Below are positions 40,801-50,786 of a stretch of 64,000 nt of DNA, one piece after another. Source of the DNA: Lingula anatina (taxonomy: Eukaryota; Animalia; Brachiopoda); NCBI GenBank assembly GCA_051362555.1, contig CM120641.1:21080001-21144000 (forward strand), written 5' to 3'. Below the pieces are notes generated by a model. That model was not told the origin of the DNA. It made no database searches and saw only the letters and a list, made by a program, of their open reading frames with translations. Both the position numbers and the translations under genes were made by a program. How positions within the stretch are numbered: the stretch's first letter is position 1; every line of letters begins with the position of its first letter.

Positions 40801-43800
40801 ATACAAATGCCTTACTTTTCAAATACTTCTGTTCCATTTCATATCTGGTTACTCCTGAACCTAACTCTCTCTATGCCAATTCTATGAACCTTCATTTCCT
40901 TAGATCAACTGTTCAAAAATTCTCTTCTGTTGCAAGCTAATATTGCATACAAAAGTCAAATTTTGATAACAAAATGGCATCCAGTCAAAAAAATTCTATT
41001 TACTCTTCAGACCTAATATAACTACATGCTGCAGGGTTAAGGCCTATGTTCTCTAGAAACTCACTTAAGCTAGATAGCGCTCTCTGAGCTCCTCCTCCAA
41101 GATGAAATCTACTAGTAAATAATACAAAATTGTCTTCTGAAAATAATAAGAGACTCTCAGCTCCTCTTTCCCTCCTAACAATTGTCTACCATGAAAACTC
41201 TCTGAGGATGTCTTCAGATTTGCCCACTAGCAAACTTAAAAACAAGATGATGAAAACATAACCTCCTTTATTGGTGGAGATAAAAATCAGGTGTGCACGT
41301 TTTCTAGAGACCCTGCAGCAGTGCATTGTACAAATGCAAGTTAAGCGTCACCCTCTAAGACTGCCTGATTCATGTGCTGTTAAGTCACCTGTAAAACTTC
41401 ATGCCTCATGCTGACAATATGAAGGGCAATGAGACCACCAACTCTAGAGATGAGAATTAATAGGCAATGGAAAAAGTGCATAAAGTTATGCTCTATGAGC
41501 TGGTCAGCCAATATATAATATATCTCAACAATACAATTATGAAAAAGGTGAATTGGTGGTCTACAATAAGAAATCAAGATGTTTCATATTATTAGGCAGA
41601 CTTGTGTCACAGCTCTTTAAAAGTTGTTGTATTACTGCAAATATAGGGCCTTCTTCACCAAAGTTTTCGGTGAAATATGAAGGGGTACAAATCCATGCTC
41701 AAAAAAACAGGATAGCCTCAAATTGCTCCACTATCATTAAAAAAAGGTGCGCCTCACATATCTGAACTTTCTTGTGATTTTGTCTGGCTGTCCAAAAAAG
41801 TAACACTGGCACAAAACACTCATACCTTAAACATACCACCCAATGCTGAATACATTGAGGTGAAATCCAGCTTTGAGAACACATATTCTATAGGACAAAC
41901 CATATAGCATCACACAGCAAGTTGCTGGAGGTGTCTCCACATCAATTTTCAATAAATTTTTGTCCCCTTTTTGTGCATAAAAAATTAAATGATAACTAAG
42001 GAGTTGACAATGGGTGACTTGACCTGGAGTACAATGATATCAGCAAGCTGTGATCTAGGATAAAAGATGGTGATCAACACTTTTAAACTTGAACTACTGC
42101 ACCACACAATTACAGTCGCTGCTGTGACAGAAAAGAAGGCAGTTATCATTGCATTTAACCTGTTCTGATAATATTGCACTGTGCGAAACTAATCGTTAAA
42201 AGGTAGCAAGTCATCCCTGATCTAGAACAGGTCACACAGGCTTTGAAAAGAGGACAATGTTGACATGACACAAATGACACAGACCACCCTCTAAATGTCG
42301 CATTTGCATATTAAAATATTGTATGACGATTCTTTAGAGTAGAAATAGAAAATTGGGATACCCTGCAGGGCAAGTAAAACTGAAAGCCTGAAAATAATGC
42401 TGGGTCAATTTGGTTTGCCACTTGAGCGCCTGGCCTATCCTTTCCGCATTCAAATGTACACAGATATGGTGTACAGCAAACCATGTTCTAAAGCTTAGCC
42501 AACGACGCGCTGTTTTATTCAAGCTTCTGGCGGTATGTGTCAACCTGGTATGATGGATTTATTCATCCTGTTAAACTCTGCAGGTTACATTTAAAGTCTT
42601 CCCTTAACCTTGCCTAAGCACAAGTTCTATATAATGCACATAAAAAACTAAACAACAATATACATATCAAGGCCTTGCACTATTGGTATGGTGAGTTTTG
42701 TTTACATGGTTGACACAAATGAGATAGAAATTAAATTGGCTGTAAAAAGAAATTTAACAGAAAATCACTCTAAAAAGTTGTATTCTATACCACTTAAACA
42801 AAAATATTCTTTTTTCATCAGACCAGACATACATCTCTCAACTCTCATAATTTTATAAACTGACCCAATCAATTTTATTTCAAAGCCAACACCTATCTCT
42901 CTTTCATCATGTTAAATATTTGAAGTAAATTCAAAACAAAATTCTAGTTTCAAATTACTAAAGATGGACGTGCCAAGTCAAGTTTGAAGCATGTACATGA
43001 TATAGCTTCTGAAACAATTCTTAATTTCTTGATCCAAATATTGTTGCCAGCCTGGACAAAGATGAAGACCAGTGTTCTGACAGGTATGTAAACTTTACCT
43101 TAAGGGGAGAAGTATCAATTGAAAAAAAAACTTTTATGATAAAAATTTAAACTGTCAAGAAAAATGGATACAAAATTTGTGCTTTGGATTCTTTCTTATT
43201 TTTCAACTTTTATCATCGCCTCCACATTTTTATCTGTATGATTGTTTTTTTTTTCAAAGGAAAGGGTATCAACAAAAGATACCTACAACAAAACCTTCTC
43301 CTAAGCGTTATATTCATACGACCCCAGACCCATAATTTCTTTTTTTTTCAAAGAAAAGGTACTTACACATGATATTGAGCCTGGCTTCAGTACTTTTCAA
43401 AGAAATCATTGTAGTAGTGTTTGTAGCAACACAGCGAAAGCCACCAAAATCATCTTCTCGCAACACACGCAGTATCCTCAAATCGGTACCATCTTGATAT
43501 CGCCTGCTTGTATTCTGTATTGGTAAATCATTCATAGTCCAGTGGTACACAATGTGTTTATCCCTTGACACTGCACAGTTTAATGTTATTTCGGATCCTT
43601 CAAGTACGTCCTGACTGCTGGGGTTGATCAGGAAATAGAAACTATCCTGAGCCTTTGTTGTACCTGAAGAACAAATCGATGAAAAGATACTTTTTTTACA
43701 AAACAAATTTAAAGTGTTCTTTATATCTATTCCATAATGCAAGGGTTTGAAATCATGTATGTGACAAATGGTGAAGCAAATAGCACTCAATGATAACTGA

Positions 43801-46608
43801 ACAGATATTGCTAAACATTTTAAGACCCATATTATTTTTAAATAGAAGAACTGTTTTAAAGCTCAGATGGGAAAACTGTTAAGAATGGTGAAGTTAAAAG
43901 AAGATACAATGTGCAGCAATTACTTTCTTGCAGTGCCCCTGAACATACATGCAGATTCTGTGCAAATGAAATTTAACATGTGATCAAAGCAATGATGAGA
44001 AATGGGCCCTCAATTTGACTGGTGATGCTAAGTTTGAAGGGTCTAAATTACTTTGACAATGTTCTACTTTCAAACTAGTGGATGAATAAAACTTTGCTTT
44101 CAGCTATTCTTTAAAATGTACTGAATGACCTTACTGATACAAATAATCTGTTGTGTAACAGCTGGTTTGAATAATTGATAATCATAAATGACAGAAACTC
44201 AAAGACGCTTGTTGTAAACTATAATAATGAACAAAAAAGCTGAAATAAAGAAAACATTAATCAACCAAATTGAGACCATATTTGTTAACCAATTCATGTG
44301 ACGACTAATCCCTCAAATAAAATCAAATGAACCTCAAAGAACCTCTCCAAACCCAAACGTAACTAGACATGATACAAACAGACTTATTTTAAACTATTTT
44401 CTTCATTTTATACATACATATTCATTTTGTTAAAGCAGTAAAGAAAAAGCACTGGAGTACCAACACCCACATTCAACTAGTAGCATCTCGTTATTAAGGC
44501 ATTCACTGGAAAAGTTGAGAGAAAATAAACAGAACGCTTACTACAAAGACAAAAAATTATATCATGCAGTGGCATAAAACATAAATAATCGTGTCGCCTC
44601 CAGTGGTATTCTACCTTGGCTAGCTGCCTCGGATTCCCCACCCTCAGCAAAAGCTGATTCACACGCTGAAACATCAGAAAAATAACATTGCATCATTAGT
44701 AAGGGGACATTTAATGATTTTCCATTTTTCATCCAAAGTTCCATGTGTTGTTGGACAAACTGTGACAGATCAATATCAAATATTTCATTCACTTATTTCC
44801 TTATCTTTTACTATTTTCTTTTTTTGACACAACTGTTAGGAAAAACAGATTGTTGACTTCATATCTGCATGCTAATTGGTGTAGTCAACTTGCAATAGTG
44901 GAATATGGCTTAGGCCAGTCACAATGACTGTAATTGTTAATGGGCATGCCTTGTTATGATTTCATTACAGGTATTCAGTTAAATAAACAGCAAAATATGC
45001 ATGCTACACAGAAACTTGTTATTTTATTTATTCAGTTAAATCGAGTAACTTCTACATTCATGCTGAGATAATCTGTTGGTGATCATCCGAGTTTAACACC
45101 CTGGGAAGTGCCACAGTTTGGGATATACAGTCAGGAACAGTGCCAGATTATGAATGGGACTGCCTTTAAGGAGCTCTCCCCATAAACCTTTCAAATTTAG
45201 AGGTGGCAGTGACCTGTGAGACCAAAAACAACAACCCCTTTCTCTCTGCTCTAAATGAAAATTGCATGTTCTGGCAGGACTTAAATGTAACTGATGTAAC
45301 CCTTTCCCTTCTATGTTTAATATATATGACTCTCAACAGCTAAAATGTGTAGCCTTCCAAAGTGCTGATAGCTTATTTCATTAAAACTAAATCTCTAAAT
45401 TCAACTGTCAATATTTAAAGTAAGCTGAGCCTAAACAAAGCATATTTTAGAATAAAGAATTCTTTTACTGTAGTGAGGCTGCACCTCCAACCAAATCAAA
45501 CCAATGAGAATATTAATTTATGTATAATTCTCTGCAGGAAATATAACTTAAAAGCAAGCTTTAAGATTAGAATTTGACTACTTTAAGTTATCTTTCTTTA
45601 CAAAGCACTATTAAATAGGGTGTGTTTGTTTTACAGGTTTGCTGATTACCTGTGGTAGTTTACCGCTTAAAGACTGGCACTGCCATATACACAGCTTAAG
45701 GACTGCTTAAATGCCGACCACTATTATGGGGTCATAACTTAGCCATCATCAGTGTCAGAAATTATCAAGAAAAACTTACTTAGTAGTTAACACCATAAAA
45801 TCTGCACTTCAATGCCTCATTACAATCCTGTATCCACATAAACACAGGATACTAATATATGATGTAAAAATTAACACTTTAAACCCAACCTAAGAATTCT
45901 CTCCAACAAAACAATTCTCTATATTCACAAGATCTAGCCAGTTTATATAAGTGCATTTTATGAATCTCTAGGAAAAAGGCTGCAGACAGGTTAATATACA
46001 GTGGTCCTTTTGGCCAGGAGTTTATAACATTCACTCTTTTCTATGTAAGTTTGATAATAAAATGGCCCTTAAAGCAAACTCTAAACCATAAACTAGACTC
46101 CAAGATAATGAGAGGAATAAAATAAGCTGGCTGGGTTTAATTCAGCGGGGCGTAAACAACTCCCTTTTACATGTTTTTAATGGCAAATGAATGAGACTCC
46201 ATTTGTAAAGTCCTCATAGTTAAATGCTATGCAGATCGTGGTATATTACAGGTGGGATACCTACAAGTAGCGCGTGCGTTTTAATGGGCAAAACGCTTTT
46301 CTGGTTTGTGAATGCACGATGAAGAAGAAACAAGACAGGGACGTTCAATTAACCCTACTAGTCTACTGGTTAAACACCATACAAATACTCCATGCCGGTA
46401 GACACCAAGCCAACGACGTCAGCAAAGCACAATAGTAATGAACCCGTGCAAGTTGTAGTGCACCTGGCTTATTTACTATAAGTACAATGGGTATCGTTCG
46501 TCAAACTAGTGCAAGTCTTTAAGAATACATGTACTCACCGATGAGGATAACAAACAGGACAGTCCATCCTGCAGTTAACCAAATACCTCTATACATCTTC
46601 CAATCCAT
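7808..46608 (-). CDS. PTK7: Inactive tyrosine-protein kinase 7 / off-track-like receptor (signal peptide, 7 Ig, TM, pseudokinase); 17 exons, 3387 nt, 1128 aa
   Basis: Exons in transcript order: 46539-46608, 43367-43663, 30127-30262, 28372-28529, 25973-26138, 25456-25586, 20701-20830, 18893-19059, 16968-17107, 14035-14179, 13435-13704, 10695-10858, 10209-10329, 9728-9958, 9211-9453, 8702-8934, 7808-8392. All junctions are GT-AG, phases match and the total length is divisible by 3. PTK7 hallmarks: KTVIIAVVSAVAYLVLVV TM, GRGEYGDVFLAKA, ETLVVVKSL, EYLEWGDLKQFL, VHKDVAARN, non-DFG VKVANLRLSRD, SEYY and RPTFSEI. Confidence 0.96.
8702..8934 (-). CDS. PTK7: PTK7 exon 16 (pseudokinase N-lobe)
   Basis: cctctag|GTCGA ... 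TGG|gtaaga; GRGEYGDV...EYLEW. Confidence 0.95.
9211..9453 (-). CDS. PTK7: PTK7 exon 15 (His/Ser-rich juxtamembrane region)
   Basis: ctttcag|TCACA ... CTGG|gtaata; VTENGEI...FPRDDLQTIGML. Confidence 0.92.
9728..9958 (-). CDS. PTK7: PTK7 exon 14 (transmembrane)
   Basis: ttttgtag|GTATG ... GCAG|gtaaat; hydrophobic helix followed by RKRRKK. Confidence 0.94.
10209..10329 (-). CDS. PTK7: PTK7 exon 13 (Ig7, C-terminal half)
   Basis: aattcag|GTG ... AAAA|gtaagg; NGSLFITEVYVEDQARFGCTAGN. Confidence 0.93.
10695..10858 (-). CDS. PTK7: PTK7 exon 12 (Ig7, N-terminal half)
   Basis: ttttccag|TCAAG ... CAG|gtaact; PWFRVKPQNDTAVEGSSVMLNCVAAGDPQPAVQWDK. Confidence 0.93.
11160..13380 (-). mobile_element. DINE-1/HINE-like element, full-length copy D (~2.2 kb) in PTK7 intron 11
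   Basis: On + it reads AACAAGGCAGCAAAGCTGTCAAATGTACAGACA, internal blocks, 5x161-bp array, (CGGCGA)n, then TATGTACAGACACATCTGTGTCTGTACATAAAAA. Subterminal inverted repeat ATGTACAGACA; no TSD seen. Confidence 0.8.
12441..13255. repeat. 161-bp tandem array (5 near-identical units) inside copy D
   Basis: TGTTATCGGT recurs at 12441, 12602, 12763, 12924, 13085 and 13246. Confidence 0.95.
13435..13704 (-). CDS. PTK7: PTK7 exon 11 (Ig6)
   Basis: tttcgtag|AAAAA ... GTAG|gtgaga; KLKFKPRP...DAGSYTCVA. Confidence 0.94.
14035..14179 (-). CDS. PTK7: PTK7 exon 10 (Ig5, C-terminal half)
   Basis: attttcag|AAT ... AGAA|gtaagt; DAGEYAC. Confidence 0.93.
16341..16466. repeat. 63-bp tandem duplication
   Basis: CACAGCAAATAACAACATTG...CCATCATGT at 16341 and 16404. 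Confidence 0.9.
16968..17107 (-). CDS. PTK7: PTK7 exon 9 (Ig5, N-terminal half)
   Basis: ttttacag|TTGCC ... CAG|gtgtgt; APTIIKGP...MECRVTATPYPVTQIRWMKN. Confidence 0.92.
17373..17540. mobile_element. 168-bp MITE with perfect 15-bp TIRs and a 5-bp TSD
   Basis: CAGGCCCGTAGCCAG ... CTGGCTACGGGCCTG; CTCTC on both flanks (17368-17372, 17541-17545). Confidence 0.85.
18893..19059 (-). CDS. PTK7: PTK7 exon 8 (Ig4, C-terminal half)
   Basis: cttatag|ATGG ... TCTG|gtaagt; EDTGNYTCVASNMAG. Confidence 0.93.
20701..20830 (-). CDS. PTK7: PTK7 exon 7 (Ig4, N-terminal half)
   Basis: ccttttcag|CACTG ... GAG|gtgaga; FELLCLPPNGFPAPTVR. Confidence 0.92.
22752..22812. repeat. (AG)n(TG)n compound microsatellite
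   Basis: Read directly from the sequence. Confidence 0.95.
23735..23760. repeat. (TTA)n microsatellite, possibly a retroelement tail
   Basis: Read directly; same unit as the L2 tail at 61091. Confidence 0.8.
25456..25586 (-). CDS. PTK7: PTK7 exon 6 (Ig3, C-terminal half)
   Basis: ttttccag|TATC ... GCAG|gtaagg; VFSNGTLYF...DAGTYKCVG. Confidence 0.93.
25973..26138 (-). CDS. PTK7: PTK7 exon 5 (Ig3, N-terminal half)
   Basis: tttatcag|GCTCA ... ATAA|gtaagt; EPATLHCRF...WY...TNTSR. Confidence 0.92.
28372..28529 (-). CDS. PTK7: PTK7 exon 4 (Ig2, C-terminal half)
   Basis: atttgtag|GTTA ... CAAG|gtgaga; DDNGMYSCRAKNAAG. Confidence 0.93.
30127..30262 (-). CDS. PTK7: PTK7 exon 3 (Ig2, N-terminal half)
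   Basis: tcttttag|GGATT ... TAAG|gtaaga; WI...QLKQP...VSLKCLIQGNPEPQFEWYKN. Confidence 0.93.
30779..30831. repeat. 27-bp tandem duplication
   Basis: GTGAATATGACGCAACTTCCTCAATA x2. Confidence 0.85.
39108..39184. repeat. 37-bp tandem duplication
   Basis: ATGCTGCTATTACTGTCTA(T/C)ATAATAAGACTACCTTT x2. Confidence 0.85.
40600..41080 (+). mobile_element. Probable decayed Penelope-like retroelement (RT thumb and linker)
   Basis: Frame-broken peptides appear in the expected order: YLNAR*HSPPKWKHS (cf. YLHxxSxHPxHxKxSIP), RISSDFEKLNTNALLFKYF..GY (cf. RICS...F..RGY) and LITKWHP (cf. LVTTYHP). Boundaries are approximate. Confidence 0.4.
43367..43663 (-). CDS. PTK7: PTK7 exon 2 (Ig1)
   Basis: ttcttcag|GTACA ... 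ATGT|gtaagt; FYFLINPSSQDVLEGSEITLNC...RRYQDGTDLRI...FRCVA. Confidence 0.94.
44615..44665 (-). CDS. PTK7: Candidate 51-nt PTK7 cassette exon in intron 1 (ACESAFAEGGESEAASQ)
   Basis: ttatttttctgatgtttcag|CGTGT ... CAAG|gtagaa; phase 1-1, no stop codon, GC-richer than the flanks. Confidence 0.5.
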
Positions 46609-47000
46609 TTTTTATCTTCCAATATTTAGTAATGCCGCCGAAGCTCCTCACACATCCCGCTAGCTACTACACAGAATACCGCACAACTTCAAACGAAACT
46701 AAACACTCCCGATGATAAACAGTCCACTTCCGAGAGGAAAAGTAGAAATCCTAAAAATTAAAATAAAACAAAAGAATTTAGCCGCTCAAGTTAACGTCAC
46801 ATGAAATTTAATCAATAAAATATTCGTCTCATTGATTTTAGACAGAATATTAAGCATGATTAACAATTTAAGTAGTAATTAGACATATTCCTCCGCCAAG
46901 CACCTGCAGCGATTGCGCCCTCTATGGACAAAGATATGAAGTACCAATAACACAAAGGCCAGGTAAATTGGCTGTCGATCATGCGTTTGTACACTTGCAA
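46130..47000 (-). promoter_or_regulatory. CpG-retaining PTK7 promoter / first-exon region
   Basis: CpG dinucleotides become visibly more frequent than in the gene body. ETS-like CACTTCCG at ~46725 and CTCF-like core GCGCCCTCTA at 46915. Confidence 0.5.
46539..46608 (-). CDS. PTK7: PTK7 exon 1 coding part (signal peptide MDWKMYRGIWLTAGWTVLFVILI)
   Basis: AAAAATGG start context; ATCG|gtgagt donor; phase 1 matches exon 2. Confidence 0.88.
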
Positions 47001-47355
47001 TCAGCTACTGTTTTGTCACAAAGTCACATAATACAATACATGTTTGGCTGGTTTTTGATGTCAAATCCATTTTTGTCCTAGTTTAGAAGTGCAAAATGGA
47101 AGTTACCTATAGGCCTACTGCATAAAATTTAGAGCGGGAGTGGTGTACATGTAAGAGAAAGCCAAGGGCTTCTTCATTAAATTTCAGATACATTTAAGAG
47201 AAAGTCAAGAGCGTCTTAATAACTAAATTACAGATGACATTCTATGTCATTTATATACATGACTTTTCTTTTTCCCTTATTTAATTACTCATGGTCGTTT
47301 TGTCAAATTTGAAACAAAAAAGAAAAAGAGAGGGAGAAAAAACCTTTTCGGTACT

Positions 47356-47913
47356 TTTGTAGTATACCCCCCCACCCTGTAACTTTCTGTAACTTTCACT
47401 TTTCAAACAGTTTTTTACATTTTCTTGTTCATGTATGTCAAAGCTGTTGAAATAAAATGCTTTTGTAATTACCTGTGGACTTTTTATTTGTTTTAATCAC
47501 GTTTAATCCAGCCCATTGAAATACAAAGTTAGAATCTTCAATTTACACCCGCAGTCAATAACTTGCCGCGTTTTCGTTGGCTAACTCAAAGGTAATTTTA
47601 TGTGAACAAGTAGCTCATAATAATTTCACAGAGAAAGTCCAAGTATACAATGTATCAATCCTATGTTCACATAAAATAAGGTAGAGTTAGCCAACGAAAA
47701 CGCGGCAAGTTATTGACTGCGGGTACATTGTAAATTTTCACATTGTATTTCAATGGGGTGGATTAAACGTGATTAAAACTAATAAAAAGACCACAGGTAA
47801 TTACAAAAACATTTTATTTCAACAGTTTTGACATAGGTGAAAAAGACAATGTAAAAAATGTTTGAAAAATGAAAGTTTCAGGAAGTTACAGGGTGGGGGG
47901 GGTATACTACAAA
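47356..47913. mobile_element. ~560-bp fold-back / palindromic MITE-like element
   Basis: Arms 47356-47608 and 47664-47913 are reverse complements, with a perfect 41-bp core (47547-47587 vs 47684-47724) and a ~55-nt spacer. Confidence 0.8.
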
Positions 47914-50786
47914 TAAGAGCGCGTAGTGGCGGTCAAACACCCTAGTCTGTAGGTACTTTCTGATATCAGGGGCCTAAAAATAACATACAAAAAAATTAAA
48001 TAAATTCTGTAAAAGACTACTAGCGGACCCTGTGGTCAGAGTGTATTTTTTAGGTATCCCTTCTCGGTCTTACAGCTCCAAGTAGTGCAAATGTGTTTGT
48101 TGCACTTCTCGTTTTCAACCAAGCAACAGCAATGCGAAACAATATTGTGTTGATTGTGTCGGTAAAGCAGCGTCTGTTGTTTATGTTAATGTTATCATAA
48201 GCATGTCCACTAACTCGCCTCTGTGGAAAATTAAATTATTTACGCAAGGACAAAAACTTAGGGGGAAAGTTATTTTTATAAGGTTCAAATTTTTAATCTT
48301 CCAATATTTAGTAATGCTGTACATACATAAAGGGATTCAGCGCAAGATTTTTCAGCGAAAAAGTAACATTTAACGAAATTTCCTGGGGTAAACGATATTT
48401 TTCACCCACTTACCAACCTGACACTCGCCATAACTCTGTGGCAATTTTAGAAAATCCATTGCTCTGAAATCTTGTTTTTAAAGATTGCATGACTGTGTTC
48501 TTCAAAAAAAAAAAAAAAGGGTCACTATTACTATAGGATTCTGAGAAGAAAAGTATACGTATTTAACAAATGCACAGTGAAATAGAATATTAGACAGAAA
48601 ATTAGTATTTATAGCTCCAATATGCACGTACTGCGTATAATCTTATACTAGTGAGCTAAAGATGTATACCAATGGCTGAGAAAATTGTGGGGTGGGCAGC
48701 TGTTGATAGATACCCTTTACGGTAGGTAGGCCTACCGTCTGGGACGCAAGCAGGTTATTTGTGGTACTGATCTAGACACCGAATGAAGGTAAAGTAAGAA
48801 AATTCTGGTGGTCCAGGGGAGAAAAGAAAATTCTTACACTATGAATATCCCCCAAAATATATTTTAACTGCCCCCCCCCCCCCCTCAACCCCGTAACATA
48901 CGTCCCTGCACATAGAGTCTGTGGATTTTGAATGTTTAGGCTTTACTCAGAAAGGTTTTTTTTAGTCAATCTGTAACAACAACAGCGTTTAGCAGATCAG
49001 TCGTTGTGTTTGTTGAGCCTCTCCACAGTGAGAAGCACTATGTTCACCATATCACTGAGGACCGTCATGCAAGCAATTTGCAGTCTATGGGTGACTTTCT
49101 TAATTGAAACAGATTAGAGCGCAAGTGAAGAGGGCCTGTAAAAAGTGAAATAATTGTGTGTAATACTTACAAATAAATGCCTTTCAAAATTTCCCTATCA
49201 TTTTTCTTATCAAAATCGAGGTAAAACGATAGGGGAGGGGGCCTGTATACCCTGTGCTAGTCAATGAGGGTAACACTGTTTCTTATCTTGGTTTTTATCG
49301 TTGGAAATAATCCTGGCAGACGGGAAAGATTCGTAGTGAGTATTTATGGAGTAAAGAAATAAGATACAGATTCAAACTACTTTTTCCTCTACTTTCCCTC
49401 TGCAAAAAATTACTTCTTGGCATCAGTATTGTTAAATTAAGGTTAAGCCTATAATAGCTTTGATAGCCGGAACAGCTTCTTTATTTTCACATTGATATAA
49501 GAGCCTCACTGACAGTGAAACAGAAATCTTACTGATATGGAGAGATGGACATGAAGAAACCGACACGTGTCTGATCTGCAGTTCAGGGTGCATACGTTTT
49601 ACAAAGTTGAATGTGTCAGCAGGATATTTCCGAGTCGACAATATCTCAGAAACCGCATTTTATGATGGTGTAGCTATTTCAGCGAACCAACCACGTACTT
49701 ACTGTGCGGGGGCGTAATATGGTGGCAACTAAATCATTAACAATAAACATATGGCAATGTGTATTTGATGGATGCGCGACTTTAAAAGATATAATGTACA
49801 GAATAATGGGATCAGTTTTTTAAAGATTCTTTTATTATTTTAGAATGTGGAAAAAAGATAAGGTGCAAATTATTTTTAAACAATGATTAAAAAACAATTT
49901 TTGAAAGTCACGTGCATTTGCTGTTGTAACGAAATAACCAAAAGAATGTTATTAATTACACTGATTGTAATGTCTGTAAGCCCTAGTTAATTTTAGTCGG
50001 TAGACTTTATTCCGGAATTTTTGTAAATTACGCACTAGACGTCTGGCTAATGTAACTTAACTTTTTTTCTCTTGAATAATTAGTGTTGTATGTGGTTAAT
50101 ATAATTTATGTTTTAGTACATTGCTCCATTCACGGACATGTTTTATTGCGGTCGCAAGTACAGTTTCACCTCCTCGCAAAATGAAACCGTTTCCTTTAGA
50201 AAAAAGAAAAATCATAACAATAAGACGGCACCTATGAATGTTTAAATATAGAACAAATATTGTGGGCTGCAGTGAAGATAAATCTTCAAATGCTTTTAAA
50301 AAGGTGAGCTCTGAGCTATTTTTTCTGGTTCTTACTGATTATTTAACCAATGGGGCTTACTTTGCTTAACAGGTGTTTTTCTCGGCGGAAATGTTTCACA
50401 TTTCTTCTTTTCCCGCCTCTCGGAAGTGAGGAAAGTCAAACGTTTTCAGAAAGGCTAGTCTAAGCTGAATGGAAGGCATCAGAGAGAAACACGTGCCAGA
50501 GATATTTTTGATAACATGAGCTGCATCTAAAATTAGCGGCATCTTTATTGTGTAAGACGAGTGACTGACAGATTCCGTCTTCGGCTATTTTCCGCATTGC
50601 AACCGCGGGTACTTAAGGACCATTCCATTCAAAAACGCGGCAATCTACGTTACTTCCGATTCTTGGTAGCCAAGTACTATATTAGGTAGAACGTCCCTCT
50701 GAGAAAAACAAATTGTAAGAAGGAAAAATTCTTGAAGCACGGATGAATTTATATAGCAAAGCATAGAGCTTTGTTGGACTAACATC

